IMG/VR virus record: IMGVR_UViG_3300027887_000007
Coordinates: 32,001 to 96,000 of that record
Source of the DNA: a virus
Direction: 5' to 3' (one strand)
Length of the DNA stretch: 64,000 nucleotides
Part shown: positions 23,506 through 33,396 of the stretch, piece by piece
Numbering within the stretch: position 1 is the stretch's first letter
Layout of the letters: every line of letters begins with the position of its first letter
The notes under the pieces: generated by a model
What the model was told of the DNA's origin: nothing
The model's database searches: none
What the model saw: only the letters and a program-made list of their open reading frames with translations
Program-made: the position numbers and the translations under genes

Positions 23506-23705
23506 TCTACTATCTCGAACAGACCGCTGCTCAAATAGGTCTGGACGTCCTCCCGCTTGACCCTCACCCTCTCACCGTAAGTGCCGAACATCCGGCCCGG
23601 CCGGTCGGGCTGTGGGGAGAAGCTGAAAGGACGAAAGGCCTTGTAAGCCATCGTCACGATGTCAGGAAGGTCTGTAAGCCTCTTCTTCTTTCCGCAGCAT
23701 CCCAT
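23502..23705 (-). CDS. Hypothetical protein (67 aa)
   Basis: MGCCGKKKR start; fills the gap in the operon. Confidence 0.6.
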   Translation of the reverse strand: MGCCGKKKRLTDLPDIVTMAYKAFRPFSFSPQPDRPGRMFGTYGERVRVKREDVQTYLSSGLFEIVD

Positions 23706-23711
23706 GTCGTT

Positions 23712-24023
23712 CTATGGCGTTGGCGTCGGGAGAGGGGCTTTTCCGCCCTTCATGAGGTTGTCCCTGATAGCCTCTGCCGCCTCCTTGCTCTTGATGTATT
23801 CCTTCGTGACGAATTCGGTTGACGCCGCGGTCTGCTGGTTCGCCGGCCCGTTCAGGATCTTGTGACCCCCCATGTCCATGTTGTTGTGCTGGACGACCGG
23901 TCCGTTCATCGAGTCTATCTTCTCGATTGCCTCGAAGATCCTCTTCAGAATGAAGTTGAGCCTCTCCCATTTGATCCCGTCGGAACCCTTGGGGTCGTAG
24001 GATATCTGGTAGTACTCTGACAT
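23712..24023 (-). CDS. Small tail/fibre-associated protein
   Basis: MDMGGHKILN...EFVTKEY resembles the phage fibre M-x-x-x-x-I-x-N..ATK.YV knob; follows the nozzle gene; GAGG RBS. Confidence 0.55.
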   Translation of the reverse strand: MSEYYQISYDPKGSDGIKWERLNFILKRIFEAIEKIDSMNGPVVQHNNMDMGGHKILNGPANQQTAASTEFVTKEYIKSKEAAEAIRDNLMKGGKAPLPTPTP

Positions 24024-24030
24024 AACCCTC

Positions 24031-27000
24031 CTAGTACGTCTGCGGCGGCATCATCTTTTCCTTCCGGTAGCCGTCCTCTGTGTTGACGTCTTTCAGCTCG
24101 ATGTCGCTCTTCTCCCAGTGCAGCTCGAAGGCGAACGGAGACGTGAACACGAACCGGAATAGTCGCCCCTTCAGGCCCGCTTTGAAGTCAAGCCGGCGCT
24201 TGGTGAACGACCGCACGAAGACTTGCTCCATGGGAATCGTCAGGTTCATCCTAAGTTCGTTGTCCACGTACACATCGAGGTTAACGTCCCCATCCGGGTT
24301 GAGCATGGCGACCCACAGGCGCCGAAGAACCTTGAGCCTGTCGAAGCTCATTACCTGTTCCCACGAATCGGATATCGTGGTGTCAGGAACCATTTGGTCA
24401 GTGGCGAACGACTCCCCGTAGTACCTGAAACACAGTGGCAGGCAGCACTCCGGATCCAGAAACGACTCATCCACCGTCAGGCGCCCGAGCTTCCCGAACA
24501 GGTCCCGGTCAAACGACTGCAGGAACCGCAGCCGCTTCTCTGTCCGTACGGTGAATTCCTGCACGATCACGCCGTCGAGCCAGAAGTAGAACTGAACCGG
24601 CCGGTTCTCCGTGTCGATGTCGATCTGGACGTGTTTCCAGAGCTTACGGAACGGGAAGCCGTTGTCCTGCCAAGGCAACTGCAGGGTATTGATGCAGGGC
24701 GGCTCTGGGATGACCTGAAATTCGTAGTCGTAGACCTTGACCTCGTTGTCCGCAAACGGGACCACCTTGAGCCGGGCCAGCGTCCCCCGGATGTCCGGGT
24801 GCAGGCCGTAGTAGATTTTCGTCTGTCCGTCCGCATTGAGTCCCTGAGTCAAGACCTGGGCGACTGCCTGGTCGATCTGAACCTCGATTGATTCTAGGTC
24901 CAGCCCGAACGTGTCCATCTCGATCCACAGTTCGCGGAAGAACTTAGGACCCGGTTTCCCTTGATCCGACCAGTCCGTGACGAAGGTCTTGTGCCGAGGC
25001 GGCTCGATGAAGAATCTGTGGACTACCTTGTAGAGCCGTATCGAAGAAGTGGCGTCGACGGCCTGTCTCGCTAGGATCCTGATCGAGGCGCGGGTGGCAA
25101 GCTTGCTGTCACCTTCTCCCAGCAAGATCGGCAGAACCGTACGCTCGCGCCCATTCGTCCTGCAGATCCCAATCGGCTCGTGGGCGGCAGTCTTCGCCTC
25201 TTCCCCGGTCAGGTCGAAGCCCATCTGCACTGTGATCGGGGTGCCTTGCGTGTCGGCATCGACGACTATGTCGATGAAGCGCTTTTCCTGATCCGGCATC
25301 CCGAGGTCGTACTCACGGGTATCTAGGGCCCAGAAGATCCCGCGGTTTCCGACCGGCTCGCTGAGCTGGTCAACGTACCCGTCCTCTAGGTGGAGCGGCC
25401 AGATACCGCCGTAAGCCGCATTGTATGGACGGTTATCGACTATTCCCTCCCATTCGTACAGCTCGCCTCCTACGAGGAAGTTGTTCTCCGGCTCGGTGAA
25501 CAGGCAGGAGCAACCGTACAGGTACCAGTGCCACCTTTCGTAGATCGTATCCCAGACGAGGGTGCAGTCCGGGGTGGTCGACGGGTCTGAGGTCGAGCAG
25601 TAGCTAAAGTACAGCTTGTTGTCCCAGAACCCCATGCACCCCTCTGACTCCCTTCCCGGGTAGATCGGGGGGATTTCGTTGGTCGTTTTGACCAACGGCT
25701 GCGGGGGGGCGGGGACAATGCTCAGGTCGATCTCGCCGAAGAATATCTGGTTGATCGGCTCGCTGATCTTGCGGCCGGATGGGAACTCATAGATCCCATC
25801 GTAGGCCTGCATGAACAGAGCCCGAGTTCCCTTGGCCAGCCCAAAGGGATTCTTCAGGCCTTGGTTGACCGCGGTTGAAACCGCACGGTAGTTTCCAGCA
25901 GATCCAACTACCCGGTAGACTTGAGTCAGGGTGAAAACGAGCAACTCTCCGTCATGTTCCTTGACGCGCTGGATCTTCTCCGACCCGGTCCCAACGTAGA
26001 TGTAGTTCGCGGCCGGGAAATGCTCCACATCGACGTTCTTTGAAAAACGCAGCCGGTTGGGCGGCTCCGGAATCTCAACCGGGTATCCGTCCAGCCCGGT
26101 AGCTATCATCGACCCGCCCCACGTCCAAAGGCGGTTATCAAACAGTTCGACCCCGCGAACCTCGTCTGGGGGCAGCTGGTTGTCGAGATCGGCAAGGTCT
26201 CCGAGCAGGCTGTCCGGAATGTTGTCGTCGTAGGGGTCCGGAATGGTTGTATCGCCTAGGGTCCCTACATACGGAATGCTGTCGACGAGCTGGAACTGCT
26301 GAACCGTCCCCCCCATGCGATACAACCGGATGTAGTCCGGTGCGGCTGCGGGAGCGTCAGTGGCAGCCGTTTGGGGGAAGACTATCTGAAACTGGGCGTA
26401 TTCTGCCGGCGCGTTGTAGGGAGTCGCGGCTACCGGGGACAGGTCACTCTCTGTGTTTGTCGCCGAGTTGTAATAGGTGTAGGCCCAGATCAGATTCTCT
26501 CCGAACAGCTTCCCGGTCGTCAGGACAGAGCAATCGTCGAGGTACACCGTCCCATCTGCTGAGGGCGAGTCTACAAGCCGCACAGTGACTCGCATCGCCG
26601 TCACTGTGTCCCAGTTGAGCTCCGGGTGATCGGCTTCCTTGGTCCCTACCCGGCCGAAGTCATCCTTTCGGATCCGGTACCCCTGCCACACACCGACGCC
26701 AGCCTGCATCGTTTTTGGCTGGCCAAGGGAGTAATCGTTGAAAGCATCCTGATTGGTCTCGGGATAGCTTTCAGCGTAAGCCGAGTCTGAGTAATCTGGG
26801 GAGCGGTACTTTGACTGAGTGTAACCGTAGGTAGTCTGAGCTCCGTCGACCGAGTCAACGTAGCCAGTGTCGCTTGACGGCTGAGCCGCGGCCGTCAACG
26901 CGCTGGTAGCTACTGCCTTCTCATAGCAGGTGGAAAATGAATCGTCACCCGCAACTAGACTCAACCCGAACGAGATGACGATTTCTTTGACATTGAGCGC

Positions 27001-27789
27001 ATCCGCCTCGGTGGGAAACTGGAACCAGAACTCGATGGCTTCGGATCTGTCGTTGTTCCCCAACTCCATGACGTATTCATTGGGGTAGTTGTTCGGGTCG
27101 ATCATTGTGATCGTGGCGTACCCGACCTTTGTCCCAGATGCGATTGTGAACGACACTCCCTGACTGTCATCTCTGATGCCATTTGCCACCGCGTCTAGGG
27201 TGGCATCATTAGCCGTCCACGCATCGTGATCCTCGAAGTCAGCAATCCGGGTGTAGGCATTCGCTAATGTCAGTACGGTGACCGCCTCTGTTGGTGCGGG
27301 TATTCCGATCCTTCTGCCGGCGGCTTTACCGCCCGGATGCTTCAGGAACTTCTTCCCGTCCGCCATGAAGACATAGGGCTTGCTCTCAAACCCAGAGAGC
27401 GTGTAGTTTGCGAAGAATGCCCGGGGATCCGTGTCGTCCGACAGTGAGCCGCCACCCGGTATCTCGGAGAAGTCGGTCCCGAGCGCCACCGGCCATACGT
27501 CTTCGTCGTTAGGGTCGATGACGGGGGCAACCCACCACTCCCTGTTGGCGATTGCGTAGCGCCACTGGCGACCGTCTCCATCTCTCAGGAAAAACAACGA
27601 GTGGGGGCCAGTGGAGAGACCACCGTTTAGGCGGGAGAATCCCTTGCGGACCGAGATCGAGTTCTCCCGATCGGTTACGACGTTGACCAAGGCCTTGTAG
27701 CCGGTCAGGGGAAGTTCGTCCGGAATGTTGCGTAGGACAATCCCGGTGTTACCAAAGGTGATTGGTACCTGCTTCATCTCCTGTGGCAT
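24031..27789 (-). CDS. Tail nozzle / DNA stabilization protein (P22 gp10 / tubular protein B-like, 1252 aa)
   Basis: N-terminal LVNVVTDRENSISVRKGFS; beta-propeller-like NRLRFSK..EHFP..NYI and GELLVFT..VYRVVG; repeated C-terminal beta domains (DLGMPDQEKRF, DQGKPGPKFFRELW, DNGFPFRKLWK); follows the adaptors. Confidence 0.7.
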   Translation of the reverse strand: MPQEMKQVPITFGNTGIVLRNIPDELPLTGYKALVNVVTDRENSISVRKGFSRLNGGLSTGPHSLFFLRDGDGRQWRYAIANREWWVAPVIDPNDEDVWPVALGTDFSEIPGGGSLSDDTDPRAFFANYTLSGFESKPYVFMADGKKFLKHPGGKAAGRRIGIPAPTEAVTVLTLANAYTRIADFEDHDAWTANDATLDAVANGIRDDSQGVSFTIASGTKVGYATITMIDPNNYPNEYVMELGNNDRSEAIEFWFQFPTEADALNVKEIVISFGLSLVAGDDSFSTCYEKAVATSALTAAAQPSSDTGYVDSVDGAQTTYGYTQSKYRSPDYSDSAYAESYPETNQDAFNDYSLGQPKTMQAGVGVWQGYRIRKDDFGRVGTKEADHPELNWDTVTAMRVTVRLVDSPSADGTVYLDDCSVLTTGKLFGENLIWAYTYYNSATNTESDLSPVAATPYNAPAEYAQFQIVFPQTAATDAPAAAPDYIRLYRMGGTVQQFQLVDSIPYVGTLGDTTIPDPYDDNIPDSLLGDLADLDNQLPPDEVRGVELFDNRLWTWGGSMIATGLDGYPVEIPEPPNRLRFSKNVDVEHFPAANYIYVGTGSEKIQRVKEHDGELLVFTLTQVYRVVGSAGNYRAVSTAVNQGLKNPFGLAKGTRALFMQAYDGIYEFPSGRKISEPINQIFFGEIDLSIVPAPPQPLVKTTNEIPPIYPGRESEGCMGFWDNKLYFSYCSTSDPSTTPDCTLVWDTIYERWHWYLYGCSCLFTEPENNFLVGGELYEWEGIVDNRPYNAAYGGIWPLHLEDGYVDQLSEPVGNRGIFWALDTREYDLGMPDQEKRFIDIVVDADTQGTPITVQMGFDLTGEEAKTAAHEPIGICRTNGRERTVLPILLGEGDSKLATRASIRILARQAVDATSSIRLYKVVHRFFIEPPRHKTFVTDWSDQGKPGPKFFRELWIEMDTFGLDLESIEVQIDQAVAQVLTQGLNADGQTKIYYGLHPDIRGTLARLKVVPFADNEVKVYDYEFQVIPEPPCINTLQLPWQDNGFPFRKLWKHVQIDIDTENRPVQFYFWLDGVIVQEFTVRTEKRLRFLQSFDRDLFGKLGRLTVDESFLDPECCLPLCFRYYGESFATDQMVPDTTISDSWEQVMSFDRLKVLRRLWVAMLNPDGDVNLDVYVDNELRMNLTIPMEQVFVRSFTKRRLDFKAGLKGRLFRFVFTSPFAFELHWEKSDIELKDVNTEDGYRKEKMMPPQTY

Positions 27790-27790
27790 C

Positions 27791-28432
27791 TTACGCTCCC
27801 GGGAAGTCCGTTACCGGAGTGCCGTAGATCAGGCGCTTCGCCAGCTGCACCCCGACGATATACCTCGCATGGGCGTACGCGGCTCTGGCGAGGTCTTGGT
27901 TGTCTCCGTCCCTTGCCAGCGCCAATGCTATCACCTCCCATCGGATGTACGGTTCCCAAGGGTCGGCCACAGCGATCAGTTCGTTGAGGTCGTGGCTATG
28001 CTCGTCTGGGATCAGATCGTAGAAGACTCTGTAGGTGCCTCCTGCTGCCGGGATCTTGTCGAATTCCCATTGCACGATCGGCAGATGGTCCTCGTGGTAG
28101 TACCGCGGGTGACCGACTGTGTTGCTCCTCCAGTCGGGATCCTCTCGCTCGAGATCCCATGACGTTACCCGACGGAGACGCTTGCGGTCGAACGAAAGCC
28201 TCTCGATATCACCCATTTGCGCCGTCTTCGTGACCAGAGGGGAACTTCCACCCGGGAGTACAACCGTATCATCCTCTTTGATGATGCCGGTCTGCCGCAA
28301 GAAATCCCGTTCGGCATGGGTGACGTACTCGATCATCTCCTGCTGTGTCCAGACTCCGGCCCCGAAGTTCTCGTCCTCCTCTTGGAGATCGAGAGCAACC
28401 CGCTGCAGCAATTCCCTGACCGTGGTCGCCAT
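27791..28432 (-). CDS. Head-tail adaptor protein (DUF6682-like)
   Basis: MATTVRELLQRVALDLQE..WTQQEMIEYV helical N-terminus, GHPRYY, C-terminal helices. Confidence 0.7.
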   Translation of the reverse strand: MATTVRELLQRVALDLQEEDENFGAGVWTQQEMIEYVTHAERDFLRQTGIIKEDDTVVLPGGSSPLVTKTAQMGDIERLSFDRKRLRRVTSWDLEREDPDWRSNTVGHPRYYHEDHLPIVQWEFDKIPAAGGTYRVFYDLIPDEHSHDLNELIAVADPWEPYIRWEVIALALARDGDNQDLARAAYAHARYIVGVQLAKRLIYGTPVTDFPGA

Positions 28433-29113
28433 TTACTGTTTCGTCCCCTCTTGCGCCCCGCGCCTCAGGGTAGACTCCGAGGTTACGGCCTCCCTGACAT
28501 CCCACGATGGGAAGCTCCTCAGCACGTTGCGGCCGGAGAGCTGCTGGACAACTTCAATGAACCGGATGTAGAAGGAACCGCCTTGCTGAAACTCCGCACC
28601 GCCCTCTTTGAACATCGCCCGAGATACGATGTAGTCCTCCAAGGCCCTTTCGTACTCAGGCCGGCACGGGAGGGGAAGCCCATCGTCATACACGCGATCG
28701 TACTCTGCCAGACCCTCGACGTAGACAGTCCCGGCCAGTAGCGGGCGCGGGTAGATCAGAATCTTGTTCAAGCCCAACGATGACCAACTGCGGATGTCCC
28801 TCCTCACCTCGTTCGCAGCTTCCCAGTCGGCTTCGTTGTCCATTGCGTCGACCGGCTGGCGGTGCAGGTAGTGGCTTCCGTGGCGGGCTGATACCGGGGA
28901 GATGATTCCTTCCGGAAGATCGTAGACGTTCTCTGCGTTGGTTACGTCAACCTCGAAAGTATCCTGACTGTCGAAGGCGATCAGGTTGAGTTCGTTCAGG
29001 GCGTCGTTGAGGAATACGACAAGCTCGTCCCTCGTCCATCGGACCGGGGCTTCTGGTAGAAGTTCGTTAAGGCGCCGGAGCGCCTGGTCGATCAGCTCTC
29101 TCGATGTCGCCAT
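28433..29113 (-). CDS. Head-tail adaptor protein (paralog of 27791-28432)
   Basis: WTRDELVVFLNDALNEL, YDLPE, ILIYPRP, ALEDYIVSRAMFKE. Confidence 0.7.
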   Translation of the reverse strand: MATSRELIDQALRRLNELLPEAPVRWTRDELVVFLNDALNELNLIAFDSQDTFEVDVTNAENVYDLPEGIISPVSARHGSHYLHRQPVDAMDNEADWEAANEVRRDIRSWSSLGLNKILIYPRPLLAGTVYVEGLAEYDRVYDDGLPLPCRPEYERALEDYIVSRAMFKEGGAEFQQGGSFYIRFIEVVQQLSGRNVLRSFPSWDVREAVTSESTLRRGAQEGTKQ

Positions 29114-29119
29114 GATCCA

Positions 29120-29479
29120 CTAGCTCGTCCTCAGCGTGACGTCCGGGTAAACGACTAGGTATCCAGACGCGAGCGTGTAAATGCTTCCCTGTGAGGTGAC
29201 CATCTGGCAATCCCATAGAAGCTGGTGCTTCCCGTTCGTCAGACTGGAGGTATCCGTGGGGGATATCGTCACTGTGAAACGCCCGTTGACCGCAGACGTC
29301 ACCGATATTCCGCTGCCGATCGACTTCTGGAACACCGCGGAGCCGTCTTCGTCGGTGTAGTTCCACTTGGCGGTGAAGTAGATGGCTGCCCCCGTGATGT
29401 CGTAGACCGCCCCGTTGGCGACGACCGAAGCCAGAAGGCTGACCGTGTCTCCGCGATACATCGTAAACGTATTGGACAT
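29120..29479 (-). CDS. BppU-N-like Ig-fold virion protein
   Basis: MYRGDTVSL..YDITGA.IYFTAK..NGRFTVTISPTDT..WDCQMV..G.L.V.PDVT. Confidence 0.65.
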   Translation of the reverse strand: MSNTFTMYRGDTVSLLASVVANGAVYDITGAAIYFTAKWNYTDEDGSAVFQKSIGSGISVTSAVNGRFTVTISPTDTSSLTNGKHQLLWDCQMVTSQGSIYTLASGYLVVYPDVTLRTS

Positions 29480-29483
29480 TTCT

Positions 29484-29966
29484 TCACCTTAGCTGAAATC
29501 TGATCGTAGCGGTTGGCGGCGACTCCTTCGTGAATGTGGCTGTCGGCACACCGAATCCCGTGTCAAACGGAACGCATACGGCATCTCCCCCTCCGGGCTC
29601 ACCGGGCTCCGGAGGCTCTTCCCCGGTCGGCTGGACCGTCGCGGAGGTTTCGGGGACCACCCTTACCTGAAAGACGCTCGTCACTACCAGTGTCGTCGGC
29701 GGCTCTGTGGTACCCCAGATGATGACCCCCGCCGTCTGCGAGACGAGCATCAGCGGGTTGTCGCCCTGCACCGCAGCTACTCCGGCCTGTGAGATAAATT
29801 TAGTCGGGTCGTCGCCGTGGATTACTGACGCGCCCAATACCGTATTCCTGACGACTGGGTCATCTCCCTGAATGAGGGAGAGACCGTCCGTCGTGAATCT
29901 TGCTACGGCATTGCCGCCGGAGAGGAAGATCGCGCCGGCTTTGAGGATCCGATTTATCTCGGCCAT
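29484..29966 (-). CDS. Beta-strand repeat protein (putative appendage scaffold)
   Basis: About five ~17-aa repeats ending IQGDDP/IHGDDP/VQGDNP with ISQ/VSQ motifs; Pro/Glu linker. Confidence 0.55.
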   Translation of the reverse strand: MAEINRILKAGAIFLSGGNAVARFTTDGLSLIQGDDPVVRNTVLGASVIHGDDPTKFISQAGVAAVQGDNPLMLVSQTAGVIIWGTTEPPTTLVVTSVFQVRVVPETSATVQPTGEEPPEPGEPGGGDAVCVPFDTGFGVPTATFTKESPPTATIRFQLR

Positions 29967-29968
29967 AG

Positions 29969-31081
29969 TCAGCTTGCCAACTGGTACCCAAGCTCAACAT
30001 CGTTGGCTTGAGCAACCGTAAAGGGCGATCCCGTTACTGGATCGACGTATAGGAACGACTGGCGCCACAAGAATTCGACGTCGTAAGCGCTCTCGTTGTC
30101 GCCATAGGAGTCCGTTGCAGACCTACGGGCGACAACCTTCAATCCGTGCGGGAGAGAATCCAGCTTTTTCCCCTCAACGCTGATGCCAAGGGCCCTGACG
30201 CTGGTCAAAGCATTCGTGATCACGGCCCCGCCATAGGTGAACGTATCCTTGTTGCCTACGGTATCTGCCGAGTTGTATGAGTTGCTTCCTCCGGTCGACC
30301 AGTCAACCGGGCTCTCGTTGACCATCGCGTAATTGTCCGTACCCTCGAACGGCGTAAAATCGGAGTAGAATCCGTCCGCCACCGGAGCGACCTCGAGGAC
30401 CTTGAGGTCCCCTATGAAGCTCTTCATGTAGGTTCCGGTGGCATCCATGATCACGACGTCGTCAAGAAGGTGGTAGTCGACCGCAGTCGGCCAGCCCATC
30501 GAAATCGGCCCGGTGAAGGTCCCGCCGAACCTAATCTCGTCGATGATCGCACTGGTCCCGGGAACGGCTGAAATGAAGTTTCCCGTTCCAGACCAGTGTA
30601 TTACTCCGTCTATCCGACACTCCAACCAACCGGTGCCGGATCCTCCAACCGTGAAGTCGACTTCGACCCAATGCCAAGTCTGCTCTGAAAACTCGTGTGT
30701 GCCGTGACCGACTAGAACATTGCCGCCGTCGTAGATAAGGATGTTCTTGTTGACAACGTGGACTCCGGCGTGACGGTTGTTGTAGTTCCAGAAGTCGACG
30801 AGCGCCATCTCTCCGGTGCCGTCGGTTTTGATCCACCGTCCGCATCCGACGATAACCCTCGGTAATCCTCCGAATCCGGCGAGTTCAAGACACCCGCTGC
30901 CTGTCATCTTCAGGCAGCTTCCGATGCCATGCCGAGCGTAGTCTGCCCCTTCGACACTGAAGTTGCCGGAGGAAACCCAGTAGTAGCCGTTATAGAAGCG
31001 AGCGTACAGACCCCACGAGGCGGTGGCACCAAGATCGTTATCGTCAGTCAACTCAAAGCCGACAGCCCGAACGACAGCCAT
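29969..31081 (-). CDS. Virion appendage protein: concanavalin/LamG-like domain plus conserved C-terminal jelly-roll (paralog 4 of 4)
   Basis: TWHWVEVDF, LLDDVVIMDATG..FIGDLKV...PVADG.YSDF..NYAMVNE, DPVTGSPFT..NDVELGY. Confidence 0.7.
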   Translation of the reverse strand: MAVVRAVGFELTDDNDLGATASWGLYARFYNGYYWVSSGNFSVEGADYARHGIGSCLKMTGSGCLELAGFGGLPRVIVGCGRWIKTDGTGEMALVDFWNYNNRHAGVHVVNKNILIYDGGNVLVGHGTHEFSEQTWHWVEVDFTVGGSGTGWLECRIDGVIHWSGTGNFISAVPGTSAIIDEIRFGGTFTGPISMGWPTAVDYHLLDDVVIMDATGTYMKSFIGDLKVLEVAPVADGFYSDFTPFEGTDNYAMVNESPVDWSTGGSNSYNSADTVGNKDTFTYGGAVITNALTSVRALGISVEGKKLDSLPHGLKVVARRSATDSYGDNESAYDVEFLWRQSFLYVDPVTGSPFTVAQANDVELGYQLAS

Positions 31082-31089
31082 GGTTCCCC

Positions 31090-32175
31090 CTACGAGTTGA
31101 TCTTGTAGCCGAACTCCGCGGCATTCACCGCTGAGCGGGTAAACGGATATCCCGTATTCGGATCAACGTAGATGAGAGATTCGAGCCAGTTATAGGAGCT
31201 CGGCACTGGAACGACTGACCCGACTCCGTCGACTCCGGAAGACCGGCAGATGCCGACGAAGGTGTGACCACCACCGTCGATACAGCGAGCGTAGGCGGTG
31301 CAGCCAACCGCCGCGATCGTGGTGTTCGGGTTGGTGAGCGGGGTTCCGAATGTGAAGGTATCCTTGTCTCCGACGGTCTGCGAAGAGTTGTAGGTTGTGT
31401 CGTCGTCCGGAGGGACCTCATTGACCATCTCGAAATGGTCGGTCCCAGAGAGCGGGGTGAACTGCGTGTAGTATCCGTCCGCGGTTGGGGAGAACTCACT
31501 GACCTTCCGGTCGCCGATGAAGTCGTTACAGTAAGTTCCCGTCGTGTCCATCACGATCAGGTCATCCCACTGTTGCAGCGTGACGCCTACGGGATTGGCG
31601 TCGGATAGGGCGCCATTCCTCTGACCGCCGATCGCCCATCCGTCCGCGCCCGCCGTCGTCGACGTGATCGTGTTGATACCGGTCAGCGAAAGAATAACCT
31701 GCTCGTCGACTCGCATGACGATTGAGCCGGTCGTTCCATGGAAAACGACCTTGATCTCAATCCAATGCCAAGTCGACTGGCTGACCTCGGTACTCGCCGT
31801 TCCCAGCAGGGTCCCGTTGCCACGGTAGGCTTTCACTGTACGGTTCAGAACCCGGATGTAGCACTGGATCGTCGTGCCGTCGAAGAACTCCGCAATGTTG
31901 ACGTCGGTTACCGTGTTGTCGGTCAGGTAGTAGCCGAAAGACAGAATCATCGTCCCAAGGCTTGCGCCAATCCCGTCGCGGATCTCGCACCCACCGCCCG
32001 TGTCCAAAAGACACTTTCCCAGAGCATTCCTCGGGTTGACGTCCGATACGGTGACCATCGACGGAGCTAGGCTGATGGCCCCGAAGCCGTTCCTACGGCA
32101 GACCGTGAAAAGTTTGCTGTTCTTCGCAGCGGTACTGTCCATCAACTCAAAGCCACAATACTTTCGGATAGCCAT
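31090..32175 (-). CDS. Virion appendage protein, LamG-like (paralog 3 of 4)
   Basis: TWHWIEIKV, WDDLIVMDTTG..FIGDRKV..PTADG, VNEVPPDDDTTYN, DPNTGYPFT..NAAEFGYK. Confidence 0.7.
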   Translation of the reverse strand: MAIRKYCGFELMDSTAAKNSKLFTVCRRNGFGAISLAPSMVTVSDVNPRNALGKCLLDTGGGCEIRDGIGASLGTMILSFGYYLTDNTVTDVNIAEFFDGTTIQCYIRVLNRTVKAYRGNGTLLGTASTEVSQSTWHWIEIKVVFHGTTGSIVMRVDEQVILSLTGINTITSTTAGADGWAIGGQRNGALSDANPVGVTLQQWDDLIVMDTTGTYCNDFIGDRKVSEFSPTADGYYTQFTPLSGTDHFEMVNEVPPDDDTTYNSSQTVGDKDTFTFGTPLTNPNTTIAAVGCTAYARCIDGGGHTFVGICRSSGVDGVGSVVPVPSSYNWLESLIYVDPNTGYPFTRSAVNAAEFGYKINS

Positions 32176-32186
32176 CGTTCACTCCC

Positions 32187-32561
32187 CTACCTGATGAACT
32201 GAATCTTCAAAACGAAGCTGATAACCTGCCCGAGGGCGACTGCGTGACCCGGAGAAATGGTCTCGTGGAGAATCAGATTTCCACCGACTAGCGCGTCATA
32301 GAGTCCCCATTCCGTGATGGTTTTGGCCGCATTTGCCGCCAAACTGCCGGAGACTTGGTAGGTGTCACCGGTAACCGAGATCGTGGTGATCTGGCTAACT
32401 CCGGCCACTCGCGCCTCTGAGGCCTCGGTAAAAAGGGCTAGGTCGTTGGCGCCGGCGGTCCCCGCCCCGGTTCCCCACGCGATGTAAAGCGGCTCGGTGC
32501 CGTTCCCCTTGACTCGGGCAGCGACGATCGCAAGTCCGACGTTGGTAACGATCTTGGCCAT
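32187..32561 (-). CDS. Tail-fibre base/collar-like protein
   Basis: IVTNVGL..YIAWGTG..DLALFTE..TITEWGLYDALVGGNL; related to 36462-37112. Confidence 0.6.
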   Translation of the reverse strand: MAKIVTNVGLAIVAARVKGNGTEPLYIAWGTGAGTAGANDLALFTEASEARVAGVSQITTISVTGDTYQVSGSLAANAAKTITEWGLYDALVGGNLILHETISPGHAVALGQVISFVLKIQFIR

Positions 32562-32564
32562 AAC

Positions 32565-32864
32565 CTACCTCTCCAGTACGTTGCTCCAGCGAACCTTGAA
32601 GTGCATCTCGCCTGCCGCCTTGCCGTTCCCGGTAGACCAGAACCGGTAGTAGTAGTCCCCCGACAGTTCCACGTCCCTTGAGATTTCGTAGACCCCGACT
32701 CCGGTCTTTTGAACCTCAGGATCGGTTCCATAGACCTTGGTCACCTTCGACCGGTTCGGCAGCCTCATCTCAAATGATACGGTATCCGGGTCAACTGGCT
32801 CCCCGTCCGCATCGACGAAAGTCGCGGAGCAGACGATCCTGTCACCGATGTCGTACGTGTTCAT
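32565..32864 (-). CDS. Ig-like virion protein
   Basis: YDIGD.IV...F.D.DGEPVDP..V....P...GVGVY......SG.Y.YR beta-sandwich pattern. Confidence 0.6.
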   Translation of the reverse strand: MNTYDIGDRIVCSATFVDADGEPVDPDTVSFEMRLPNRSKVTKVYGTDPEVQKTGVGVYEISRDVELSGDYYYRFWSTGNGKAAGEMHFKVRWSNVLER

Positions 32865-33388
32865 GGCATCTTCCTATCCGACAGGCGGGCGTCAACCGCC
32901 GTATCTCTAACTAGGGCCTCCCCGCTTCTAATGCTCACCTGCGCCCTCCACGTTCGCGCAACCTCGCTCGCAGCCCTGTAAACGAGGGTCTCGAGCTCGT
33001 AGTCGCCCAGCTTAGCATCCCACTCCGGGTGATCCCTCAGGATCAAGGTTGCGATCTTCTTAATAACCTCTATGAAGAATCGCTGGAGCGTCTCGATGTC
33101 GAACTCGAGAGCGACTTGAAAGTCGGCCATCGCCCTCGGCGAGAACTCAACCTCGATCGGAAACGCGATCGTAGGATTGGTTATCATCGTTGCCGAGATA
33201 GACTCATCAACAATCAGGGCAAAGGCGATCTCCCGGGAAGCGTCAAGTGTTACTGATACCGCGTCCTCTGCCTCGAGGCCTAGGGCGACATCCACATTGA
33301 AGATCAGCTGCCCGGGCCAGTAGTTGGTCTCCCAGTAATCGAGATCCCAGAACCCTGACGCGAAGTATCCAACTCCACCTTCAGACAC
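32861..33388 (-). CDS. Hypothetical structural protein
   Basis: GTG start with GGAG RBS; N-terminal YFASGFWDLDYWETNYWP aromatic motif; beta-rich. Confidence 0.55.
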   Translation of the reverse strand: MSEGGVGYFASGFWDLDYWETNYWPGQLIFNVDVALGLEAEDAVSVTLDASREIAFALIVDESISATMITNPTIAFPIEVEFSPRAMADFQVALEFDIETLQRFFIEVIKKIATLILRDHPEWDAKLGDYELETLVYRAASEVARTWRAQVSIRSGEALVRDTAVDARLSDRKMP

Positions 33389-33396
33389 TCTAACTC